Below, piece by piece: positions 1 to 12,800 of a DNA stretch of 64,000 nucleotides. Source of the stretch: Bugula neritina. Lineage: Eukaryota > Animalia > Bryozoa. The DNA is taken from NCBI GenBank assembly GCA_964035545.1, contig OZ037770.1:5342729-5406728 (forward strand), read 5' to 3'. The position numbers and the translations under genes are program-made. Positions within the stretch are counted from its first letter, which is position 1; every line of letters begins with the position of its first letter. The notes beneath the pieces are model-generated. The model ran no database searches. It was not told the origin of the DNA and was given only the letters and a program-made list of their open reading frames with translations.

Positions 1-391
1 TTCAAAAGCTTTCACCAAAGCTACTATTAGCTGGCAGAGCTAATTCATTCACTGTACTGCATGAGTCAGTGTATCATGATCAAACCGCCATATTTACACT
101 CTTTGTAAGAATAAACTTACGGTTTCGGTATTGTGATGGCTAAGATTTTTATCCACGCATCAATATTGTAAGTTTATTAGAATTACAATAGTTCATGTCA
201 ATTTTTTGGTTCTGTAATATTCATAGTGTTCCTCTGAATTTTGATTTATATTGTGACTACTTATTTATACAATTTCTAATGTTTCCCATTTTATAGGGTA
301 CGATTTGACAGTTAATAAACTCGAAAACCTGTTGCCAAGTTGGCTAGTAGTTAAAGCATATCTTGCAACCAGACACAAACACAAACCGATA

Positions 392-600
392 CAATATCTC
401 ACCTAGTATATAACATATCTCACCTAGTATATGACATATCTCACCTAGTACATGATATATCTCACCTAGTACATAATATATCTCACCTAATATATGATAT
501 ATCTCACCTAATATATGATATATCTCACCTAGTATATGATATATCTCACCTAGTATATAATATATCTCACCTAGTTAATTATATATTTCACCTAATACTA
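392..600. repeat. Minisatellite, ~21-bp unit (atatctcacctagtatatgat)
   Basis: About 9 tandem degenerate copies in an ABCB7 intron. Confidence 0.9.
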
Positions 601-972
601 GAAAAAAGCACACCGAAATGATAGTTAATAGCTCACCTAACACAAATAATTATTATATAAATTAATACAGAAAAATCTTAACCTAGACAAATAATATCTA
701 GTGCAGCACAACAATATTTAACCTAGAATAGAGGCTAGCTTGCTTTAGAAAAAAAAACTTAATAATAGAAAAGTTTATCCTGGGTAGAAAATAATAAACT
801 AAGAATGAGTAGTGAATTCTTAAAACAAAGAGTAGCTCTAAGGCTAGAAATGGCGAGACTGAAACAACAATAGCTAAAGTATCATATGAATAGTTCACAC
901 ACAACCAACCTACCTACAGAGTACATCAAGTATAAGTTCACAGAAATGTAGGGAATCAACTGAAACACAAAC

Positions 973-3900
973 CTCCACTGGGTGGTGGCGATGGTGAACA
1001 GTCCATAAGTTCCTAGAAACCCGAGAGTGGCTACGGCGTACTTCCAACCACAGGTGGCTGTCTGCAAAAGGAAACAGAGTACATGTGAGTAGAGAGAGTT
1101 GAAGAGTAAACAGAGTACAGGTGAGTAAAGAAAATGAAAAAATGTGTATGAAATAAAACGATAAAAAATGTCAGAAAAGAAAGTTTTGATTTTCACTCAT
1201 GAAAAAAGTCTCCGAAGCAACATTTAACAGTAAAAATGTTGCTTCCATTAACTCCACGCATATAGGGTGAGTCAACACGTATATGCTTACCATAGCTGCT
1301 GTAACCATGGCAACCTCAATCATGGTCGGCACAACATTAAACACCAATGCACTCAGCAGAAAGTTAATCCCCCTAAAACAGACCACAACAAACTTACTAA
1401 ACTTCTATCTGATTTCCACCTCAGTCATCTTAGCCCCGTTTCACCTAGTCTGGATTTATCCGTCACAATATTTATTTCCGTAGTCACAGAGATTGAAACT
1501 ATTGCTAGATAATCAGCAAACACTTGATCAAGACATAGCGCTTATTATTTTGAGAAAATTATAGTTAACTGGGTTATTTGAAAATGATATCAATTCGAAT
1601 AGCACATCTTAGAAGTTATCACACCTTGTGCCCCGATCTATTGTCTTGGACAAGGCGCCAGTTTGCCGAGAGAGGTGGAAGTTGAGATCTAGATTGTGCA
1701 GGTGAAGGAACACCTTTCTCCCGACATGACGTACGGAGTTCTGAGCCACCTTGGCAAACACGTAGTTCCTCATCTCATTGAATAGACTGGAGCCTGCCTT
1801 CGCTGTAGCATCTATAGTATTATATTAATGTGTTATATTACTAGCATACTGTGACATATTACTAGCATATTGTGTTATATTACTAGCATATTGTGTTATA
1901 TTACTAGCATATTGTGTTATATTACTAGCTTACTGTGTTATATTACTATCATACTGTGTTATATACTGACATACTGTGTTATATTACTAGCATATTGTGT
2001 TATATTACTAGCATAATGTGTTATATTACTAGCATACTGTGACATATTACTATCATACGGTGTTATATACTAGCATATTGTGTTATATTACTAGCATACT
2101 GTGTTATATTACTATCATACTGTGTTATATACTGACATACTGTGTTATATTACTAGCATATTGTGTTATATTACTAGCATAATGTGTTATATTACTAGCA
2201 TACTGTGTTATATTACTAGCATACTGTGTTATATTACTAGCATACTGTGACATATTACTAGCATATTGTGTTATATTACTAGCATATTGTGTTATATTAC
2301 TAGCATATTGTGTTATATTACTAGCTTACTGTGTTATATTACTATCATACTGTGTTATATACTGACATACTGTGTTATATTACTAGCATATTGTGTTATA
2401 TTACTAGCATAATGTGTTATATTACTAGCATACTGTGTTATATTACTAGCATACTGTGACATATTACTATCATACGGTGTTATATACTAGCATATTGTGT
2501 TATATTACTAGCATACTGTGTTATATTACTATCATACTGTGTTATATACTGACATACTGTGTTATATTACTAGCATATTGTGTTATATTACTAGCATAAT
2601 GTGTTATATTACTAGCATACTGTGTTATATTACTAGCATACTGTGTTATATTACTAGCATACTGTGTTATATTACTAGCATAATGTGTTATATTACTAGC
2701 ATACTGTGTTATATTACTAGCATATTGTGTTATATTACTAGCATACTGTGTTATATGAATCTAAACTTTTCACTTACTTCAGAGAGATAGGTATATGTAA
2801 ATAAGTACAGGTTACTGAGATATACTTACACATATATACTTACACAAATATACTTACACAGAAAAACAAGTGCAATGCCTGTAGGAAGAATAGCTTGCTG
2901 AGCTTCGAATCCGCCGACATTCAGCCAATCAATGAGCTCCTTGAATATGTACGGAACGCACACGTTGACCACCTGTAATAGCGAGTTGAATATTATAGAG
3001 TCCCGGCTAAAAGGGAGCTGAGGTCATTCTACTGATGGTAAGGTAAAGCAACTCCAAGTTTGTTCAAAAGCTGAAACTTGAAAAATTTAATTAAAAAATA
3101 GTAATATCAAAACTAACAGATAAATGATTTCTTCAAGATTGCTTATTTCGAGTATTTCCTTGGCAGCATATAGGTTATTTAATAGATCTTGATAGTGAGC
3201 CAGAGCACTTTACATTCCAAAAACCATGTGTCCTATTTAATGAAAATGTTTCAAACGTTTATCTTTAAAGCAGTACACAGCACACAAGTAATTCATAATG
3301 AAACAATATCATTAGAAGTTGACTGTTACAGGTGATGGCATGAGACAAGCCTAGATCAGTTCTTAAACAGAAGAAACTATTATAAATGAACTAACTTTAG
3401 CTGAGATAAGTAGACTCAGGGCCCCCACAACACGTCTTTTGATCCAGGGCTCGTCCTTAGGCCACACGTATGAGAACATGTTGACCAGCATTTCCTTTGA
3501 CGTAACTTTGTCCGAATCGGTGCGCGAGCCGTTGGTAAAGGAGCTTCCCACTCCAGGGTAAAAACATGTCCGTTTACCTAATATACCTGCATCTGTCTGG
3601 CGAGAGAAAGCAAAAAGAAGACGATTACCAATTTTCTAAAATTATTAACTAAACACAGAGGAAATGCATTGGTGATGCAGATTTCTAACTCTCAAAAATA
3701 CAAAAGATAAATAAACCAAACTATTTACATACTTTACCAAAAAGTCAGAGCAACCAATAATTCAATTCATTTCTATTGCAACTTAAACTGAGCATACAAG
3801 GCAATTAGGTTGCTGTTTTATACGGAACAAATGCTTTGGGTTTTAGTCTCAAATGAGCTGGAAGCACCCCCTGGTGATCATTACGATAATGTCTCGCGTG

Positions 3901-5143
3901 TCTTTCCCGGGTATGCATTTCCACTTACATAGAAGATCAGAAGGGCTCCTGGATGAGATCTAAGACCCTATGCAAGATCTAAATTTAATCTATCAGCAAA
4001 GGAAGTAAACTATCTGAAAGTTTTTTGCTTATCATATCACAGCTAAGATTCAAACTCAAATTATTTAAGTAGCATGTGGTTCAGTCTACTCAAAGTAATA
4101 CCCACACCTTAGCATAGATACAAAATCAACTGGCAATAAAACTGACTTTTAATAACTTCCTAGTAGCAAAATGTACCTTCGTGACCAAAGAATAGTAAAT
4201 ACAAAGACTCAAAAATAGTATACCTTTTTAAGTAGACTTGACTGGCCACCAGAACTACGCTTGTGGAGGTTGTAGGATTTTGAGTGACTTGATGTCATAA
4301 AACATCTCTGCACAATGTAACGATGATACTTGTAAGAAATCAGGAGCTAAAATAAAGAGATAATCATGTTCAATGCCAAGTATGGCACACAAATAAATAC
4401 ATAGGATAAACTAAAATATAACACAAAGCAGAGAATGTAAGATATATAAAAAATGATAATAATTGTATCATTGGTAGTATCACAGCTTTTGACTGGTAGA
4501 ATCCTGAGCCGTCTGCCTGGCTCTACAAGGCTGATAGGGATAGAACTTTTTTAAGATGAGAACTGACCGCAGTAAACATAGTAGCAAAGTTGCCTGTTGA
4601 ATCAGTGGGAGTAACTATAATTTTTTTCAGCTACTCTAATTCGTGCTATTCAAATGATTATTATTATTTATGATTATATTTACTATCAATGCTATTTTAT
4701 TAAACTTGAAGTAAAAGCTACAAAGTCAAACTCAAACTGAACTATCATATTCATAGCCATAAGGCTTAGAGTTAGTTATGTATTTTACTATTACTATTGC
4801 CTATTGGTATTTCTCTATTAGTATTACACTATTAGTATTACTATACTCTATAGTATTACTATTGAGTATTACTATTAGACTTAGTATTACATTTTGATTC
4901 TCATTTTGTAGGTTGAAGTTCTACTACTACTACTAGGACTTCTAGCAACAAACCACACCATTCTTTGGCTTTAATCCAATGCAACACATCAATTTCTAGA
5001 ATATGAGGTTTGTGCTGTTTCCAACTTAAAGTTGAACTGCCCGGCATCGGGCTTAAGCTTACCTTTCGATAATCATAATCCAAGTGACTGCGACGCAACA
5101 ACAATTTTGCAGTAGAACTAGATATGCCACACACAAAACTCAT
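973..5143 (-). CDS. ABCB7: Mitochondrial ABC transporter ABCB7/ATM1, 5' part (continues beyond window start)
   Basis: GT-AG exons with compatible phases: 5063-5143, 4224-4346, 3396-3596, 2858-2972, 1625-1811, 1291-1372, 973-1061. Translation includes [86 protein letters not shown] and ATTQWR, all characteristic of ABCB7. The N-terminus is basic and Ser-rich, like a transit peptide. Confidence 0.95.
1815..2757. repeat. Minisatellite, 21-bp unit (tgtgttatattactagcatac/t)
   Basis: About 45 tandem copies filling most of the ABCB7 intron and reaching almost to the acceptor at 1812-1813. Confidence 0.95.
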
Positions 5144-6198
5144 GGCTACTTACAAAGTATATTACATTTGCACTAAAGTCTAAATTGAAATACTAACGAC
5201 AATGACAATTTAAATGTCCATCTACAGCCATTTATTGTTAGTTTCTCTGTAGTTTGATGTGGATTAGTAAATGTGAAACTAAACGCAAGTTTGCACAGGA
5301 GCGCTTGTGAAAAATCCTTGGCCGTATCCGATTTTTTAAAGTAGACAGGGGGGTCTTTGAAACAACCCTAAATACACTTTATTAAACAAAATAATTTTCT
5401 AACTACCGAAATATCAAACAGAAGAATGGCTCACAAGTTGTCCCTTTAATAAAAAGGGTAAATAACTCCATATATAATGATACTAGTACTGAAAAGAGCC
5501 CAAAACCTTATGAGGCACAACAGAAAAGTTAATGTTGCATTTTAATGATTACAATCGAATTATGAATGAAACTAGATTTAATTATCATTTTGATGACCAC
5601 AGCAGATGCAATTCACTACGGAATACGAATGCAACTTGAACTTAAAGTTTTATGGTAATTTATTGAACAATAAATAGAAAAATGCCAGACTTGGATTTGA
5701 CCCAGAGGTGCACTATAAATATATAAACCTAGAGCAAATATTACACTTAAATGGTTCACTAAGGATTACATATTTAGTAAAACATAAAATATGACATAAA
5801 TTACAACACTAGCCAGCTAATAATAAACATACAAGTATTTAAAAATTGAACACAAAATATAATGTAAAAAAATCTATAAAAATTAACTTGAAACTGAAAA
5901 ACTTGAATAGTTTGCTGCAAAGAAAACTTGTAGCTAAAAGTAATAGATTTATGACACACAGCAACCTTAAACATGGAGATTCCAAAAGTAATAGACTTCA
6001 ACTATTGCACATATAAATAACATGACCAAATGCACTACATATAAATTAATTGTAAAAAGTAAAAAATATTATTGTAGATTATATAAAGTATGTATACAAG
6101 GTATCCAAAACATATAATAGATTGCCTAATCCATAAAATTCACCATGAAGCATCACTAGTTCTAAATCCATAAGGCAGACAACAAATGAAATAATATA

Positions 6199-6598
6199 TT
6201 ATTGTTTTTTGCGTTTTCCTACACTGGCATCATCTAAGGTGACATAGCGGGACGCAACGTAGGCCCCCAAGAAACTGAATATTACCAACAGGAAGAAAAC
6301 AATATAGAATGTCTCTTCATCAAACACAGAGTCAAAAGTGGGAACTTTGCTAAACAAACAAGCAACATAGATGACTAAGTAAATCTACTAAAAATTATAA
6401 TGAAATAAAATAGAATACAAGAATGTAAAATAATTCCTTTAAGCATTCAAGGAAGAAAGTACAGCAAATGAAATAATTCTGTTTACTATCAGCATATAAA
6501 TAAGTACATTAAAAGGTAGAAGTGAGAGCAGAGAAAGCCTACCTGTAGAGATGCTCAGTTAGTTTGTACGCTGGCAGGTCATGAAGAGATTTACCCAT
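6199..6598 (-). CDS. 68-aa single-pass membrane microprotein (two coding exons; absent from the ORF track)
   Basis: Exons 6543-6598 and 6199-6349, joined by a GT-AG phase-2 intron, give MGKSLHDLPAYKLTEHLYSKVPTFDSVFDEETFYIVFFLLVIFSFLGAYVASRYVTLDDASVGKRKKQ*. It has one hydrophobic helix and a basic tail. Candidate upstream exons at 7323-7385 and ~7655-7720. Confidence 0.75.
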
Positions 6599-9500
6599 CT
6601 TAATAGTTACTAGTCAGAGAAAATCAGCCAAACTAAAATACATATAATTATTGGTTTTGTTCCACTTACTAGTTAACACAATATTTTTATTCATACAACA
6701 TACTCATGCGTACAACATAGCTGATCATTTGGCAAATTACCCTTGCCACAACCATGGAGACCAGTAAATAATAATTAATTCAAGTTACAGATTGATCACG
6801 TTGAGTAAATGATTATGAAAGATTATAAGCATGGCTAGACGTTATTCCGCTAACAAAGCATTCAACTCCGAGCATCGAAAAAGTAACAAGAATTGAACTG
6901 TTTTATTTATTGTTTCTTTGGTTAAACAATTTAAAAAATGTTGAGTAATCGAGTTTGATTAAACATCAATATAAGCTATTGAAGCACATTGAATATTAAA
7001 TATGTAACTGTGTTAATTTTAACCCTTGCAAAACCCAATTGCAAAATGCATTTTACTACATTACATAAAATAACAATGTTTTACTAACATTGTCAGTTTA
7101 ATATTTACTATTCTACTACTAATCTTTAATAAATATCAACTCATATGAATTAATAATTTCAGTAAAATCTTTCGTTCTTAGTGCTTAGGATTTTCAATTC
7201 AAAAAGTTGACCATCGAACCTCAAAAATATTAATGCTGCATAACCCTGGTCAAAGAGATAGCAAATGCCATAAAATACATCCAAATGCTATGTAATAGTT
7301 TTCAACAAACCAAAACAAACACCTGTTTGTAAACTGGGTAGTAATGTCACTCTTGGCCAGACAAGACTCCAGCAAGATCTGAAGTCTGACCAGCAAAACA
7401 ACCAAAGGTCTGAAGGGTATTAAATACACATACTACGCTCTGCACCTGCCAAGTCGATTTTTGACTTACACAAGCCTGTGTCGAACGATACAAGAGCAGG
7501 ATGGCATTTTACACTAACTTGTATCAACCAACACTAAAGTATAGCCATAGTTTGCATAATCCACTGAAATTATTCAACCAAGAGCTGTCTGCTTTATAAG
7601 TCACATCAGTGAAAAATAAAATGATACCACAACTAGAACTCTTTCTAAACTTACACTGCTAGAATCAAGAAAGCAAAATCACCAAATGAGATCATTACAC
7701 AACTCTCTAGAGAATGCAGCCTGCAATAATATGCTATTTTCTAGTTATGATGAGATTGTGAAACATAACTATGGTTACCAGAGCTACGAGCAGCAGACAG
7801 CTAATAATATCGACAAGGACGAATGGTTACTTCAACAGTTACCTCTCTCAAACAATACACAATTACTCCTGAGTAGCAACAAATCAGCAATGTGCTGAGT
7901 CAGTCTTATGCCAATTTTAACGAACTCTTATAAATGAGACATTCAACTGGCACAGAATGAGTACATAGTAGGCATTGATCTAAACACATACTGGGATGTA
8001 AATCAGAAGGAAACAAGCAACAAACTGTGATAAATACTATTCTTATTAGTAATTAAACCTAGTATAAGTAACACGATATTACTACTATATTAGTATAAGA
8101 TTAAATATAAATTAAAATATCAATTACTGTTCAAAATAAAAACAACAAAAACTGAAATTCTAATAGTAATAACAATTATCATAATTTAATATTAAAAATA
8201 AAACTTAAAAGATAAAGGTAAGTTAAAAATTTGCTAAAACTGAGTGTTAGGACAACAGCATAGGCAGAATACACAATCACAATAAAAATCACAATTATTT
8301 TATTAATTTACAAACTTACTAATACTAATAGTATTACTATTTCATACTAGTAACTAGTAAGTCATAGTACTACTACTATCGCTACAAATACATCCTGGTC
8401 TAGTACTACTACCGTTACTAGTAGTAGTAGTACTACCACTAGTACTAATAGTAAACGTAGACCGTAGTACTATTAGATAGTACTCCTGCTACATCCTGAT
8501 GGTGATCCTGATCTACTAACATGGTTACCTAAGGCTAATGGTACAACTACTATTAATAGTAATAGCACTAGTAGTATTATTCCCAACTAGTGGTCTGTGA
8601 CTATTACCATGTGAAAGTCTATGCTAACTTTATGTCTAATGTGATATTGACAGCCACACTCACAGTGACTGTCAGTAGTAACAGCAGTAGTAGCAGTAGC
8701 AGCAGTAGCAGCAGTAGCAGCAGTAGTAGCAGTAGTAGTAGTGGTAGTACTACTAATACTAATATTACTGCTGCGACACCCACTGGTAATAGTCATGAAC
8801 TCGAACACCAACATGATTCAATACCATGCATGATTAGCTGATGAGCGGAATCGTAATACTCTAATTCACTAGTAGACGTAGTAGTACTACTACTAGTAGT
8901 AGTAGTGACAGTATCAGTATGAGTATGACTATGAGTCTTAGTGTGAGTATGATATTGATTGGCCATAGCATTACCTAAAGCTAAGCTAGGCCTAGTGCCA
9001 GCGTCACAAGTTTTAGTTCGTTTTCAGTTTCAGTTGGAGTTTTAAACTTAAAATTTAAAAGGAGTTTTGCCCGAATTTAATCATACTGACAATGTTGATG
9101 TTAAACTTAAACTTTAACTTAAATTTAAAGTTATTCATTTTCATATTTTATTAGTAATAAACTTAGTATTTAATACTATGTATATTACTATTAGTAATAC
9201 TAGTACTAATAGTAATACTAATAGTAATAGTAATACTAATAGTAATACTAAAGGTAATAGTAATACTAATAGTAATACTAATACTAATAGTAATAGTAAT
9301 AGTAATAGACATAGTTAATGTTATAGTAATTCTTATTCTTATTCACTAAAAATTGTATTTGTTAATTTTAAAATTAAACTTTTTTTCATTTCTCAGTATT
9401 ACTGTAACTATAATGTAAATTATTGCATTAAACTTTCCTTAAACTTTCTTAACTGTTTTCAATAAAAATGATTCAATATGAATATCAATTACAATAATAT

Positions 9501-9851
9501 AATTACAAGTTATAAAAATAAATATGAATATCGCCATGAATGTAAATACGAAGATTAAAACAAATCTCGCTTGAAGCAGCACCGAGTGGATGGTCAGTAA
9601 GTGCATTGTTTGGCAGGTCTCGGCCTCGCGACTTGGCAACTGTTTATTGTACAATAATATAAGCGTTCTATATTTTCTGATCCTCAACTTGATGCTGTTT
9701 CTAGCGATATTGGACAGTAACTTTCAACTATTCTTCTTGTGGATTGCGTCAAACATTTTTGAGTTGTTCTCTCTAAAACTAATCTTCAGGGAAATTAGGT
9801 GTTGTCGTTCCACAAATTGCTTGTCTTTTTTAGACAAGTAGCTGTCTGATC

Positions 9852-12800
9852 ATGGCCGGCCCAGCTCTGAGATGCAGTTTTTGTGTCCACTCTATGTTGA
9901 AAAAATTCCACAAAATAGATAGGCATTTTTTCTTTCAAAGACTGCTCACCACAACAGCAACAAGTAAGAAGTTTTATTTTTTTATTTGTGTTTTCCTAAA
10001 CATAAGTAAACTTAAAGTTGAGCTATATTTCTTACTGAAAGTAATTCAAATTGAAATTGAAATTGTAAAACTAAAAAATAAAAAATTTCAAAGAGTAAGA
10101 CAAAATCAATTAATATTGCTAATATTATGAATTAAAATGAGTTGAACTTGAAGATCAACTCTTAGTATTAGTGTTCACATGTTGTTTTACTATAAAAATA
10201 GCAAATAGTCATAGTGCCTTTGATTTACTTGGAGTTTTGCTTAAATTTTATTCTAATCATCTTCATATTTATGTTGATATACCTCTTGTTATTGATATTA
10301 TTATAACTCTAGCCCGGCTAGAGTTACGTTAGACTTAGTCCTGTCAGTAATTGAGTATTAGCTACGCCTATTAGTATTACTATTACTATTAGTACTCGTT
10401 ATTACTAATCCTATAGTAGAAGCAGTAGAACGTAGTCCTAAGTCAAAGTGAAAGTGGCATGGTTGTACTACTACTTATAAGTTATAAGACCAACTATAAG
10501 TTAAAATAATTATCATATCATAATTATATGATGATCATTATGATTATGGTTATGATAAAGTGGTAATCATTATGAGCTATACTTCTTATGTCATACTCAA
10601 TTTCATGGTTCTATCAGTATGAGTATCACTAAGAGTATCAGTATGACTACGAGTAGGATTATCATTATGATAGTCAAATTTATTTTTCATTTGATATGAC
10701 CTATTAATTTACTAATGCTAGTAGTTATACTTATATTTATAGTCATACTGAAAATGTAACTGTTGCTATAAGTTGATGTTTAAATGTTATAGTTACACTT
10801 ACAGTATCGGTATGGGTGCAGTCGTTTCATACCCACTTTTTCAAGTCGTTTTGTATACGTCAATATAAATTACCTAATATACATATTCTCTTTATATTGA
10901 TTTATTATTTGGGTTTAAGGTTTGAGGTTAATTCATTATTCATTTTGTGTACGTCAGTTTGTGTACAAAACAACCATTCTGTATTCAAAATGACTGGTGT
11001 GCGGCATGACTTGTGTACGAAATGACAGTAACCCTTATGGTATAAGTATAATTTTAACTATAAGATTAATAATTCTTATTAAAGATAGTAGGCTTTAGTT
11101 ATAATATTCAATTTACATGTATCTGACTATCTTTTATCTCTCATTATTTAATTTCATCAGTTGAATTTAATAAGTTGAAATTAAATAATTTCAAATCAAT
11201 TTGAATATAGTATGATAGAACTATAAGTATAAATATACGATTAGGATTTAATAATAATAATATTAGTTTTAGTAGCAGTAATGCTATTAGCTATAGTACT
11301 ACTATTAGTATCATAAATATAACATAAAAAACATGGAGCCATGGGCCGTAGAGTTACGATTTTGATATGGCCATACTCTGTACTCGTACTAGCACAAGTA
11401 GAAGTCGTAGTAATAGTCATAGTGGTACAACCAATATGCATGCTGATACTGAAGTTGTTAGCACTGATACTATTAGTCTTAGTTTTAGTGTTATGCTTAT
11501 TTTTATTCTTATAATAATATTATTATTACTGCGTATTCATTAGTTGGCAATTGCTGTTCTATATTAAATTAATTACAATCAACTCGTAAGTAGATGAAAT
11601 GTACAATTCAGGGACTTCATATTAAATATGTGATTAGATATGTCATTCTGGTTTACTGTTAAGTGCCTGTCACTTAACGTTCAACTTTAGGTTTATTCAC
11701 GCACAATGCTTTATGGCCAACTGAAACATCTAGTTGATTTTAATATTCTACTCAAGTGAAGTTTTGAAATCATAATTGCAGTCCCAAAGACATAATGATA
11801 CTACTGATAGTAATTCAGTAGATTAACCGTAGTAGAAATCTAAGTGTTATTCAGATTGAACCTGATTAATTTTAAGAATGGTGAAACTTGTCAAGGTTGC
11901 TTTGGTCAGGCATCTGATAACTTTTCTACTAGCAATGTTGATTTAGGTCAACATAACATAAGGTTGGACAACTCATGTTATGGTGTTATAACTCCAACAG
12001 TGAGTGAAACTGACTATATAGTTATACACTGAGTGACTGTAGAATGACAGTGTGATGAATGTTCACAGCTATGTTTGTCACATTGACTGAAGTACTTGAT
12101 GAGCTTTTGAAATTCCTTGACGCAGTCAGTTGACTTGAGATGAATTCGCTGCAAATCTTTTTTGATATAATTTTTGATTTTTGTTTCAACAATTGAAGAA
12201 GTTTTTTATCTGCCGTTTTTCTTTATGAAACTTCTTCAAAGGGGCGCGATTAGAATCATGGATAACATACATACTGTATTTAATGTTTACTGTTAGTGGC
12301 GCCCAGTCGTTATTTATTCTATCTTATTAATACATCATTTCCTGTTCTTCAGCACCTGCAGCCTGGAATTACCAGTGGAAGCCAAGTCCCTACCCAAAGA
12401 CTCAAGCCGAGAGAGAAGCAGCTGCTAAGAAGTATGGCCTCAGAGTAGAGGATTATGAGCCATTCGACCCGTACAAAGGTACCGTCTCTATCACCAGACC
12501 ATCGGCATTCTGTTCAACTATGTCTTCAATAGGCTGAGATATTGCTTAGCAAGTTGAAAGTATTCAATTTTCTTGTTTACAGTATGTGATCACCTGAAGT
12601 TTAACTTAAGACTGTTTGCTAGTTGTTTTGTAACTTTTAGTTGCAATATAATTGAAAAAACACTCCTAGTCCCAACATAATTTAGAAAACATTTTGAAAT
12701 TTATGTCATTGGAGAAATGCTGTTAAAGTGGGTAACTAAAGCGTTTGAGTTTTATGAATGGCTGTTTGAACTCATAAGGGCTCATGGGAAAGACAACTCT

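Noticed and set aside
2518-2790. Repeat-derived short ORFs (also 14073-14273, 32541-32843, 39684-39995, 8587-8841, 43826-44089)
   Set aside because: Translations of minisatellites or triplet tracts inside introns, with no protein-like features.
8838-8860. CTGATGA as a hammerhead core or C box
   Set aside because: No matching GAAA/stem II or D-box architecture nearby.
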